In this document: piece after piece, positions 18,822 through 27,236 of the stretch
Numbering within the stretch: position 1 is the first letter of the stretch
How the letters are laid out: each line of letters starts with the position of its first letter
Assembly (NCBI GenBank): GCA_031280145.1
Contig: JAITHB010000033.1
Span: forward strand, 24,817-88,816
DNA from: Oscillospiraceae bacterium
Lineage (GTDB): Bacteria > Bacillota > Clostridia > Christensenellales > Aristaeellaceae
Direction: 5' to 3'
Length of the DNA stretch: 64,000 bases
The notes under the pieces: model-generated
Databases searched by the model: none
What the model saw: the letters and a program-made list of their open reading frames with translations, nothing else
What the model was told of the DNA's origin: nothing
Position numbers and translations under genes: made by a program

Positions 18822-21425
18822 TCAGTCAATTATCGCAGCAAGCTTCGGTGAAATGTATCCAACCGTGCCATCCGTCAGAACAACATTATACCACCCGTTA
18901 TCGGCAGCGCCGAGAAAGTCGAGCACATCGCCTGATTTCACTTTCCCAACGATTGCGGAATCGGTATTCGCTTGCGCGCGTATGTTCGCGTCCGCAATAG
19001 CGCGAAGCTGCCGCGCGGGTTTGGGCGAAGCCGCAGACTCGTATTCTATCGCCTTTATGTCATCTATCTTTTGCGTCAGTACCGCGACGTCGTTCGCATC
19101 GTACACATTCGTCAGCGGCAGAACGATTCCCGACGCGTCCCCGACGATTTCACCTACCGTCTTTGCGAAGTTATAATCATATTTATAAGTTTCAATCGGG
19201 TCGCCGCTTCCTGCCGTTATATTTTGCAAATGCAGAAGATTTCCTCCCAAATTCTGCGCGAAAACATTCCCCGAGAAGCTCATCGTGTCCGTCTCGCCGT
19301 TGCTGAACCCCAAGCTCAGAAGGGTCGCTTCGGGGCGTGTGGCGTAAAGCACGTTATCCGTTACGGTTACGTTTTCGCATCCGGGGTTTAACCTGACGCA
19401 GACGTCCGCGAAATCGTAATAGGGATCGGTTTCGTTTATCGGCAGATCGTTCCAGCCGCCGTATCCGACGCCGTGAATCATATTGTTTTCAATTCGGATG
19501 CCGCGGAAAAGCGGCGCGTACAGGTTTCTTCCGTAAGCGTTCCAGCATACGGCCAAAACGCCGCCGTTGCAGTATTCGATAAGGTTTCCGCCTACAAGGC
19601 AGTTCTCGCGAATCATGCGGTCATACTCGCTTCCGACTTCGTCGCCCATAAAGTAGGTCTCAATCGTGATTGCGTATGATGGCGCGTGATGGATATAGTT
19701 GCCGATTGCCCTATTGTTGCTCCCGTTTATTGTCAGCGAGTCGCCGCTGCGGATAATCGCAAACGCCGCGTCCAGCCCTAAACCCGTCGCGTTATAGCCG
19801 CCCACTATGCCGCCAACCCAACTTATCTCGCAATTTTGAACGGTCGTGTCATTCTCGATACATATTCCCGATCCGCAAAAGCCGATGCTGATGTTGTCAA
19901 TAATACAGCCGTCAGCCGCGCGAATAACTCCCGCGCCCCAATCGTCAGAGCCTGTTATGAATTCGATCGAATTGAATACCTCGCCGGGATTGCCTTGGTC
20001 GCAGCGCATATAAAGCTTCCCAGATTCGCCGTACTCAACAAAATCGTTAACATAGCGGATATCGTTGAAGAAGCTCATATCGTCAAGTTCATATATGCTG
20101 AACGGATTGAGGTTCGGCAGCTCCTCCGCCGTTGGCCAACTGCGTTCGTCCGCGGAATAATATTCGCGATTATACCAGAGCGCGGTCTGCTTCGCCGCAG
20201 TCTCGCCGCCGTTCAGCAAGATTCCGCCGCAGTCCTGCAAATCTTTATAGAACACCCATACGTTTTCTGTGCCGCTTGCAATCGACCACTTTTCAGCGCC
20301 CGCGCCGTTCTCCGGAGAGCCGTAAATACGCGGCTTTTCGCCTTCGCCGTATGCTGAATATGTAACGCCCGCAACCGCCTGAAGCGTTCCGCGCCATAGC
20401 CCGCCGCGCTCGAAGAACACTCCGTCGCCCCGTTTCAGGCGCGGTCTTTCCTTCTTATGCTCATACGCCCATTGAAACTCCGCAAAGTGGGGGTTATTCC
20501 AGCGCGAATCATTATCCGCCCAGCCGTATGTCGCCGCGCCGTTCACCTTGTCCAGCGTTCTCCATGCCGTTTCCGGCGAAAGACCGTCGTTGCCGTCGTC
20601 GCCGCTGTTTGACACATAATACTTCGTACCCGCAACGTCGACGCTCGTCGGACTTCCGAGAATCTTTGCGCGGCGGTCGTCAATTGCGCCGACAACGACA
20701 GCGTCAGGTTCGGCGGATGCCGAACGGTCGGCGCCGTCTTTTATATATGAGAAGAAGAGCCGCTTTACAGCCAGCACGGCGTCAACGCGCGTCAGCGGGT
20801 CGAACGCGTTAAAATAATTATCACCGTCGATTTCCATAACCCTCTTGCCGTTCAGCAGATCCCGCTGCGCAATGACAAAGCCTATGAGCCACTCTGTCAT
20901 GGCTGTGAGAGGTTCCTTATATGTATAATTCCATTGGTAGTCTTCGCGCATCGTAAGAGCCGCGCCAAACTCCTGATAATCCGTCAGATCGCCGTGGGTA
21001 ATCTGCCGACCGTTTTCATCCGTCAGCGGCGCGTTCGTCTCGCCGTCGCCCGCCTCAAAATCCACACCCAGCGCAATATTCGGGTTCACCCAGCCCATCG
21101 CAAGGAAGCCCTCGTATAATAAACGCGCAGCCCACGCCCTGTCTATCGTCTCGTCATTTTCGGGGAAAGGAAAACCCGCGCCCCACTCTTTCCCGTAAGG
21201 CAAGCCTGTTTTTACCACTACGGCGTTTTCCAGCAAAGAGATCAGCTCGCCTACCGTGCAGTCGCCTTCCGGCGAAAAGTCTTCCGACAGAATGCCGACA
21301 CTCCTCGCTATGTCCAATTCGCCCTGCAAATCCGCTTGAAGCGTTTCAACCGTCCCCGCATATGCAGGGCAACCGCTCGCTATAATCGCGAATACAATGA
21401 AAAATGCTAACGACCTGCGTTTCAT
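18822..21425 (-). CDS. Secreted (possibly lipoprotein) right-handed beta-helix protein with C-terminal bacterial SH3 domain
   Basis: Start set to ATG 21425 (GAAGGGGA upstream, promoter at 21455-21483); the track start is 21443. Signal peptide MKRRSLAFFIVFAIIASGC. YYVSNSGDDGNDGLSPETAWRTL is a pectate-lyase-like beta-helix entry motif. Repeated IxNxxI/G rungs. C-terminal ANIRAQANTDSAIVGKVKSGDVLDFLG..NGWYNVVL.DGTVGYI is SH3b-like. Confidence 0.65.
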   Translation of the reverse strand: MKRRSLAFFIVFAIIASGCPAYAGTVETLQADLQGELDIARSVGILSEDFSPEGDCTVGELISLLENAVVVKTGLPYGKEWGAGFPFPENDETIDRAWAARLLYEGFLAMGWVNPNIALGVDFEAGDGETNAPLTDENGRQITHGDLTDYQEFGAALTMREDYQWNYTYKEPLTAMTEWLIGFVIAQRDLLNGKRVMEIDGDNYFNAFDPLTRVDAVLAVKRLFFSYIKDGADRSASAEPDAVVVGAIDDRRAKILGSPTSVDVAGTKYYVSNSGDDGNDGLSPETAWRTLDKVNGAATYGWADNDSRWNNPHFAEFQWAYEHKKERPRLKRGDGVFFERGGLWRGTLQAVAGVTYSAYGEGEKPRIYGSPENGAGAEKWSIASGTENVWVFYKDLQDCGGILLNGGETAAKQTALWYNREYYSADERSWPTAEELPNLNPFSIYELDDMSFFNDIRYVNDFVEYGESGKLYMRCDQGNPGEVFNSIEFITGSDDWGAGVIRAADGCIIDNISIGFCGSGICIENDTTVQNCEISWVGGIVGGYNATGLGLDAAFAIIRSGDSLTINGSNNRAIGNYIHHAPSYAITIETYFMGDEVGSEYDRMIRENCLVGGNLIEYCNGGVLAVCWNAYGRNLYAPLFRGIRIENNMIHGVGYGGWNDLPINETDPYYDFADVCVRLNPGCENVTVTDNVLYATRPEATLLSLGFSNGETDTMSFSGNVFAQNLGGNLLHLQNITAGSGDPIETYKYDYNFAKTVGEIVGDASGIVLPLTNVYDANDVAVLTQKIDDIKAIEYESAASPKPARQLRAIADANIRAQANTDSAIVGKVKSGDVLDFLGAADNGWYNVVLTDGTVGYISPKLAAIID

Positions 21426-21454
21426 AAGACTATCCCCTTCCATTAAACGTAATT

Positions 21455-21483
21455 ATTGTAACATATTATCATTATTGCGGCAA
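21455..21483 (-). promoter_or_regulatory. Candidate promoter of the beta-helix/SH3 gene (TTGCCG-17 nt-TACAAT)
   Basis: Reverse strand: TTGCCG (21483-21478), 17-nt spacer, TACAAT (21460-21455). Confidence 0.45.
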
Positions 21484-21504
21484 TCCGCGCGACCTTATCG
21501 GGGT

Positions 21505-21532
21505 CCCCGACAAAACCGCAGTTTTGTCGGGG
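21505..21532. other. Perfect 12-bp hairpin CCCCGACAAAAC-CGCA-GTTTTGTCGGGG in a GC-rich divergent intergenic region
   Basis: Read directly from the sequence. It lies upstream of both divergent promoters, so it is not positioned as a terminator of either neighbouring gene. Confidence 0.8.
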
Positions 21533-21652
21533 TGGGGTCGTCCGCGCGCCGATGCGGAAGGAACGCCGCCGCGTTCCCCGGATACGCGTGACCTCTGTCC
21601 GCGCGCCGGTACTGAATCACTCTTAATTTTCAGGGAATAATTGAATTCGGTA

Positions 21653-21681
21653 TTGCATTCGCGCATAAGATGTATTATAAT
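21653..21681 (+). promoter_or_regulatory. Sigma-70-type promoter (TTGCAT-17 nt-TATAAT) of the J-protein-clpB operon
   Basis: TTGCAT 21653-21658 and TATAAT 21676-21681. Confidence 0.65.
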
Positions 21682-21698
21682 AGTCAAGGAAAGTCAAA
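21682..21698 (+). promoter_or_regulatory. CtsR-like operator (direct heptad repeat AGTCAAG-GAA-AGTCAAA)
   Basis: Matches the published CtsR consensus (A/G)GTCAAA-NAN-(A/G)GTCAAA at 13 of 14 repeat positions. It abuts the -10 box and covers the expected transcription start. Confidence 0.55.
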
Positions 21699-21748
21699 AC
21701 AAACCGTCTCATAACGATATTCTCTTAATATAGATTGGGAGGCAGCCT

Positions 21749-22486
21749 ATGCCTATAAAAGATTACTATCAAGTGCTTGGCGTTGAGAAAGACGCGAAGC
21801 CGGACGCAATAAAGTCCGCCTACCGCAAGCTCGCCAAGAAGCATCACCCCGACGCGAACCGCGGCAGCAAGGACGCGGAGAAGAAATTCGGCGAGATAAA
21901 CGAAGCCTACGAGGTTCTGGGCAACGACGAGAACCGCCGCAAATACGACGATATGGTAGAGCAGCAGAAGAGCGGCCGCTATGCCCCTCCGTCGGGTTTT
22001 TCAAATGTCACATATGAGGGCGGCGACTACGACTGGGACAGCATCCTCTCGCAGATGTTCGGCTTTGACCATAACTACGGCGGTACGTCCGCGACAGGCA
22101 GCTTCAAGGGCTACGACTTCTCGCCGTTCTCTCGCGGCGACGCTTCCGACCCGTTCTTCGGAAACGACGGCGTTTATACCAAGAAGAAGGCTCCGACCAA
22201 GCGCGAACCCGAAGAATTGGACGTGACCGTCAACCGCGATCTTACCCCGTGGGACGCCGCGCTCGGCACTACCGTCAGCGTGTCCGTCACCATGGCAGGG
22301 CAGACGAACACGATTGAAGCGCAGGTTCCGCCGAACACAAAGTCAGGCACGAAGCTGCGCATCAAGGGCTATGGCAAGCCGGGCGCGAAGGGAACGCGCG
22401 GCGACTTATACGTGCTGATTACGATACAGAATCCAAACCCGCTGCCTGAAAACGTACGGGAATTCTATAGTAAAATAAGGAGCTAG
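21749..22486 (+). CDS. J-domain protein without zinc finger (CbpA/DnaJ class II-like, single C-terminal beta-sandwich domain)
   Basis: 245 aa. [33 protein letters not shown] (HPD motif), a G/F-like linker, then C-terminal [24 protein letters not shown]. No CxxCxGxG repeats. Confidence 0.8.
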   Translation: MPIKDYYQVLGVEKDAKPDAIKSAYRKLAKKHHPDANRGSKDAEKKFGEINEAYEVLGNDENRRKYDDMVEQQKSGRYAPPSGFSNVTYEGGDYDWDSILSQMFGFDHNYGGTSATGSFKGYDFSPFSRGDASDPFFGNDGVYTKKKAPTKREPEELDVTVNRDLTPWDAALGTTVSVSVTMAGQTNTIEAQVPPNTKSGTKLRIKGYGKPGAKGTRGDLYVLITIQNPNPLPENVREFYSKIRS

Positions 22487-22495
22487 CAGAGCGAT

Positions 22496-25081
22496 ATGGA
22501 CTTGAACAACTTCACCCAAAAAGCGCAGCAGGCGATAGCGGAAGCGCAGGAAACGGCGATTACCCGCGGTCATCAGCAGCTTGAAACGGAACATATATAC
22601 TATGCGCTATTGGAGCAGAACGACGGGCTTATACCGCGTCTGCTTACGCTGATGGGCGAAGATATCGCCAAAATCCGCCAAGCGGCGGAAGCCGCGCTTA
22701 ATAAACTGCCGTCCGTCCAAGGAAGCAACAGCCAACTGTACGCAAGCCGCAAGCTGAACGAAACACTCGTCCGCGCGCAGGATGAGGCTAAGCGAATGCG
22801 CGACGAATACATCGGCGCGGAACATCTGTTCCTCGCAATGCTCGACGAGCGCGGAACCGCGGCCGAACGCATAAACCGCGAGTTCAATATAGAAAAGCCG
22901 CGCTTCCTCACCGCGCTGTCGGGAGTGCGCGGAGGTCAGCGCGTCGCGAGTCAGAACCCCGAAACCACGTACGAGGCGCTCAAGAAGTATGGTCAGGACT
23001 TGGTGGAGCAGGCGCGTCAAGGCAAGATGGACCCGATCATCGGGCGCGACTCGGAGATCCGCCGCGCGATAAACATCCTCTGCCGCAAAACGAAGAACAA
23101 TCCCGTTCTGATAGGCGAACCCGGCGTCGGCAAAACCGCCGTCGTGGAAGGTCTGGCGCAGCGGATACTCAAGGGCGACGTGCCCGATATTCTGAAAGAC
23201 AAAACTGTTATCATGCTGGATATGGGCGCGCTCATCGCGGGCGCGAAGTATCGCGGCGAGTTTGAGGAACGCTTGAAAGCGGTGCTGAACGAAGTGAAGG
23301 AATCGGACGGGCGTGTGATTCTGTTCATCGACGAGCTGCACAACATCGTCGGCGCGGGCAAATCAGAAGGCGCGATGGACGCGGGCAATCTGCTCAAGCC
23401 CATGCTTGCGCGCGGCGAACTGCGCTGTATCGGCGCGACCACGCTTGACGAGTTCCGCAAATACATCGAGAAGGACGCGGCGCTGGCGCGGCGCTTCCAA
23501 CCAATCTTAGTCGACGAGCCGACGGAAGAGGAAGCCGTGTCGATTCTGCGCGGTCTCAAGGAAAAGTATGAACTGCACCACAACGTGCGCATACTTGATT
23601 CCGCCATAATCGCATGCGTCGCAATGTCCCTGCGGTATATCTCCGACCGTTTCCTGCCCGATAAGGCGATCGACCTTATGGACGAAGCCGCAGCCATTCT
23701 GCGCACGGAGCTTGGCAGCAAGCCCGCCGCGCTGGACGAAGCCGACCGCCGCATCCTGCAAATGGAAATAGAGCGCGAAGCGCTGCGCCGCGAGGAAGAC
23801 AAGCACAGCAAGGCGCGGCTGGCTCAGTTGGAAGACGAGCTTGCCAAACTGCGCGAGCAGTCCGCGGATATGTCCGCAAAGTGGCAAGTGGAAAAGCAAG
23901 ACATAGACAAGATGAAGAGCCTTCGCGCGGAGATTGACCAAACGCGTCGCAAGCTCGAGGAAGCGCAGCGTTCCTACGACCTCAACCTCATGGCGGAACT
24001 GCAATACGGCAAACTGCCGCAGCTCGAGGGCGAGCTTGAGAAGCTGAAGACAGAGAAAGAAAATCAGCAGGGCGGACGCTTGCTTCGCGAAGTCGTGACA
24101 GAACACGAGATAGCGCAGATTGTCTCGCGCTGGACAGGAATTCCCGTAACCAAACTGATTGAGAGCGAGCGCGAGAAGCTTCTGCGCTTGCCCGAGATTC
24201 TGCATAAGCGCGTAATCGGGCAGAACGAAGCGGTGGAAGCCGTCGCGGACTCCATACTGCGTTCGCGCGCGGGTCTTTCCGACCCCAACCGCCCGATCGG
24301 TTCGTTCTTGTTCTTGGGACCGACAGGCGTAGGCAAGACGGAGCTTGCGAAGGCGCTCGCGGAAGCGCTGTTTGACAGCGAGCAGAACATGGTGCGCATA
24401 GACATGAGCGAATATCAAGAGAAGCACACCGTGTCGCGGCTGGTCGGCGCGCCTCCGGGTTACGTCGGTTACGATGAGGGCGGTCAGCTTACCGAAGCCG
24501 TGCGGCGCAAGCCGTATTCCATCGTGCTGTTCGACGAGATAGAAAAAGCGCACCCCGATGTGTGGAGTACGCTTCTTCAAGTGCTGGACGACGGCAGGCT
24601 CACCGACAGCCAAGGACGTACCGTCAGCTTCCGCAATACAATAGTGATCATGACAAGCAACCTCGCGAGCCACATAATACTTGACGGAATCGACGCAAAG
24701 GGCGAGCTTCGCGAAGAAGCGAGACGGCAGGCGATGCGCGTTCTGCAAGAATCGTTCAAGCCCGAATTCCTCAACCGCCTCGACGAAACCGTGCTGTTCA
24801 AACCGCTTCTGCGAGAAGAAATCGGCAAAATCGTGCGTCTCATTCTGGCTAACACGGCGGCCCGCGCCGCGTCGCAGGGTTACGCGCTGACCGTATCCGA
24901 CGCCGCAGTAGAGTATATCGCGAACCATTCGTATACCCCGCAGTACGGCGCGCGCCCCGTGAAGCGTTACGTCCAACGCGAGGTGGAAAACCCGCTCGCG
25001 CGCAAGATAATCTCGGGCGGCGTTGCGGAAGGCGGGGCGATTGTGCTCGACGCGGAAAAAAGCGGGCTGACGATTGAGTAA
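22496..25081 (+). CDS. clpB: ATP-dependent chaperone/disaggregase ClpB
   Basis: 861 aa. Clp N-domain, NBD1 GEPGVGKT, a long coiled-coil M-domain, NBD2 [15 protein letters not shown], and GARPVKR near the C-terminus. Confidence 0.95.
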   Translation: MDLNNFTQKAQQAIAEAQETAITRGHQQLETEHIYYALLEQNDGLIPRLLTLMGEDIAKIRQAAEAALNKLPSVQGSNSQLYASRKLNETLVRAQDEAKRMRDEYIGAEHLFLAMLDERGTAAERINREFNIEKPRFLTALSGVRGGQRVASQNPETTYEALKKYGQDLVEQARQGKMDPIIGRDSEIRRAINILCRKTKNNPVLIGEPGVGKTAVVEGLAQRILKGDVPDILKDKTVIMLDMGALIAGAKYRGEFEERLKAVLNEVKESDGRVILFIDELHNIVGAGKSEGAMDAGNLLKPMLARGELRCIGATTLDEFRKYIEKDAALARRFQPILVDEPTEEEAVSILRGLKEKYELHHNVRILDSAIIACVAMSLRYISDRFLPDKAIDLMDEAAAILRTELGSKPAALDEADRRILQMEIEREALRREEDKHSKARLAQLEDELAKLREQSADMSAKWQVEKQDIDKMKSLRAEIDQTRRKLEEAQRSYDLNLMAELQYGKLPQLEGELEKLKTEKENQQGGRLLREVVTEHEIAQIVSRWTGIPVTKLIESEREKLLRLPEILHKRVIGQNEAVEAVADSILRSRAGLSDPNRPIGSFLFLGPTGVGKTELAKALAEALFDSEQNMVRIDMSEYQEKHTVSRLVGAPPGYVGYDEGGQLTEAVRRKPYSIVLFDEIEKAHPDVWSTLLQVLDDGRLTDSQGRTVSFRNTIVIMTSNLASHIILDGIDAKGELREEARRQAMRVLQESFKPEFLNRLDETVLFKPLLREEIGKIVRLILANTAARAASQGYALTVSDAAVEYIANHSYTPQYGARPVKRYVQREVENPLARKIISGGVAEGGAIVLDAEKSGLTIE

Positions 25082-25093
25082 AGTCCGTTTCTC

Positions 25094-25120
25094 AGAAGGG
25101 CGGCTGATAGTCGCCCTTCT
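25094..25120. terminator. Hairpin between convergent clpB and the ABC-module membrane gene (AGAAGGGCG-9 nt-CGCCCTTCT)
   Basis: 9-bp perfect stem with no clear U-tract on either strand, so terminator function is tentative. Confidence 0.4.
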
Positions 25121-25865
25121 AACTAATCTCCCTCCAATCAATCGTCAGCCGGCTCAACACGGCGCAAACGGATGACAGCGCCAAGCAGGACAGAATCTGC
25201 TTGATCGCGTTGCTTTGGAAAACGAACGTGTGAGCAAGGTTTATTATGTGTTCAAGCATATCGACAGGCTTAAGCATCCATACAACTAACAACGCAACAA
25301 GAAGCCCGTCGGCAGCCCAACCTATCCACGTTCCCTGTACGGCGGTGATCGTGTGCGCAGCCATGGCGGCCATGAGCAAAAACGCGAATTGCTGTAGGAA
25401 CGCGACTACTGCGCCATACCTAAGCCAGCCGAGGTCTTCCATGATATTGCCGATGCCGAGGAAGCTGTTCGGCACTTTCGCGTTGCCGAGATGGCCAAGC
25501 CACGCGACCAATTTGTCATACGTGTAATAGAGGAATACATTCGCGAGCGCCGCAAACCCCGCCAAGACGGCATATGTGAGCAGGCAGCCGAAGAAGAACC
25601 CCTTGCGCTTTCCGCCCAAGCTCAGAATCCTCGGAAGGTTGCGCGCGGCAATAATGATTGCGGCGAGCGGAAGCAGAAAGTACAGCAATCCGCCGAAACT
25701 CCATTCATAGGAGCCGCCTGTTAACGATTCGCCCGCCGTCAACGGAGGAATGACGACTATGGCGTCTGTGGCGATAAGCATCAAGCACGCCGCGGCAAGC
25801 ATCCGACAGACGGTTCTTAAGCTCTTTATATTCGTTTTTGCTATAGCGAATGCGTTCTTATTCAT
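25119..25865 (-). CDS. Polytopic membrane protein of the YtrA-type ABC module (putative permease partner)
   Basis: About 248 aa from ATG 25865 (the track start is 25883), with roughly 6 hydrophobic segments. No recognisable catalytic motifs. Its start overlaps the upstream ABC ATPase stop. Confidence 0.55.
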   Translation of the reverse strand: MNKNAFAIAKTNIKSLRTVCRMLAAACLMLIATDAIVVIPPLTAGESLTGGSYEWSFGGLLYFLLPLAAIIIAARNLPRILSLGGKRKGFFFGCLLTYAVLAGFAALANVFLYYTYDKLVAWLGHLGNAKVPNSFLGIGNIMEDLGWLRYGAVVAFLQQFAFLLMAAMAAHTITAVQGTWIGWAADGLLVALLVVWMLKPVDMLEHIINLAHTFVFQSNAIKQILSCLALSSVCAVLSRLTIDWREIS

Positions 25866-26706
25866 TATGCTCGCCCCCTCCAACCATTTGAACGAAGAAA
25901 TCCTGCGGCGACAGGTTGTCTATGGTTACGCCTTGCGGCGGTTCGATTCGTCGGTCGTATATATGGGCGGCTATCCTGCCTCCCGCCCTCGTTTGTCCGA
26001 TACAGTTGAGGTTATCGAGCAAGGGAAGCAGGGTGTCTGCGGGACCCGTCAGCGTATACGCGCGCTCGTCTATGTCGGAAATATCGGTATGCAGCAGCAG
26101 TCTTCCGTCGTTGATGATGATCAGGCTTCCCGCGACCTTCGCGATCTCGTCAATGAGATGCGTGGAAACGATGATAATGCGCGGGTGCAGTTCATAGCTC
26201 TCCGCAAGAAGCGTGTTGAATTGGTTCCGCATAAAGGCGTCAAAGCCGAGCGTCGGTTCGTCCAGCATAACGATTCTTGATGTGTTGGCGAGGGAGAGGA
26301 TGGTGGAGAGCATCGATTTCATACCGAAGGAAAGGTGCTTATACCGCTTGCTGCCGTCCAGTTGGTACCGTGCCGCCATGCGTTTCGCCGTGTCAAGGTC
26401 GAAGCCGTCCTGTATCGCGGCCGCGGCTTCAATAAGCTCGGATACCTTCATATTGAATTGCGCCGCGCCTGCTTCAACGTAGTTTATGTCCTCGGGCATA
26501 TTTCGGACGGATACCTCTTTGCCGTTAACCGTAACGCTGCCGTCGGTTCGGTTTATGTGTCCCGCAATCAGCTTCATCAGCGTCGTTTTACCCGCGCCGT
26601 TTCTGCCCAGCAGGCAATATATGCCGTTATCGTCGATTTGCATCGAGATGCGGTCGATGGCGGCGGCTCCATGAAACGTTTTCGTTACGTCTTTCAGATT
26701 GATCAT
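25858..26706 (-). CDS. ABC transporter ATP-binding protein
   Basis: 282 aa. Walker A GRNGAGKTT, signature-like LSFGMKS, Walker B VMLDEPT. Confidence 0.9.
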   Translation of the reverse strand: MINLKDVTKTFHGAAAIDRISMQIDDNGIYCLLGRNGAGKTTLMKLIAGHINRTDGSVTVNGKEVSVRNMPEDINYVEAGAAQFNMKVSELIEAAAAIQDGFDLDTAKRMAARYQLDGSKRYKHLSFGMKSMLSTILSLANTSRIVMLDEPTLGFDAFMRNQFNTLLAESYELHPRIIIVSTHLIDEIAKVAGSLIIINDGRLLLHTDISDIDERAYTLTGPADTLLPLLDNLNCIGQTRAGGRIAAHIYDRRIEPPQGVTIDNLSPQDFFVQMVGGGEHNE

Positions 26707-26711
26707 ACGTT

Positions 26712-27077
26712 TTATCCGTTTATCCCCTTATCCTTTTTTCTGATGATGCTGATGATTTCGTCAACCGAGATGCCAAGCGCCGCGGCTTCCGACAGGAACG
26801 CGTCGATTGCGCCGCCGAGGAAGACCTGCTGTCTGCGCCGAAAGATTTTTTCCCTTGCGTCTTCCGTAACGCACATGCCGATACCGGGCTTTTTGTACAG
26901 CACGCCTTCCTCCGTAAGTCTGCTCACCGCTTTTACGGCCGTGGTCGGATTTACGGAATACAGCTTGGATATCTGCGTGGTGGAGATGATCAAGTCGTGC
27001 GGCTTATAAACCCCGCTTAAGATATCATTCTCGATTATCTCCATAAGCTGTGAGAATACGGGTCGGTTGTCGTTCAA
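26712..27077 (-). CDS. GntR-family transcriptional regulator, YtrA-like short subfamily
   Basis: RPVFSQLMEIIENDILSGVYKPHDLIISTTQISKLYSVNPTTAVKAVSRLTEEGVLYKKPGIGMCV is a winged HTH with a short C-terminal tail. Start set to TTG 27077 (AAGGAAG 7 nt upstream); the track start at 27101 is a GTG without an SD. Confidence 0.85.
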   Translation of the reverse strand: MNDNRPVFSQLMEIIENDILSGVYKPHDLIISTTQISKLYSVNPTTAVKAVSRLTEEGVLYKKPGIGMCVTEDAREKIFRRRQQVFLGGAIDAFLSEAAALGISVDEIISIIRKKDKGING

Positions 27078-27106
27078 TCTACTGCTTCCTTTTGATTGCA
27101 CTGATT

Positions 27107-27127
27107 ATGGTTAATGACACTAACCAT
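27107..27127. promoter_or_regulatory. Palindromic candidate operator ATGGTTA-N7-TAACCAT in the gntR leader
   Basis: 7-bp inverted arms starting 6 nt downstream of the -10 box of the gntR promoter. Confidence 0.5.
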
Positions 27128-27132
27128 TAACT

Positions 27133-27161
27133 ATGATATCAGAAGATGATATACTTGTCAA
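27133..27161 (-). promoter_or_regulatory. Promoter of the gntR-ABC operon (TTGACA-17 nt-TATCAT)
   Basis: Reverse strand: TTGACA (27161-27156), 17-nt spacer, TATCAT (27138-27133). Confidence 0.6.
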
Positions 27162-27182
27162 CAGGGATTTAGTTGTAACTAT

Positions 27183-27211
27183 AAAAAATTTGCGCCGTCC
27201 GCTCGGCGCAA
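27183..27211 (-). terminator. Rho-independent terminator after the histidine kinase gene
   Basis: Reverse strand: TTGCGCCG-AGCGGA-CGGCGCAA followed by ATTTTTT. Confidence 0.75.
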
Positions 27212-27236
27212 TGGTGCTTATTCCGATAGAATACCA

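Noticed and set aside
21472-21687. 71-aa minus-strand ORF spanning the GC-rich intergenic element and the clpB-operon promoter
   Set aside because: It has no SD, it overlaps two promoters and the CtsR-like box, and its composition is Arg/Ser/Gly-rich. The nucleotide-level symmetry explains the region better than coding does.
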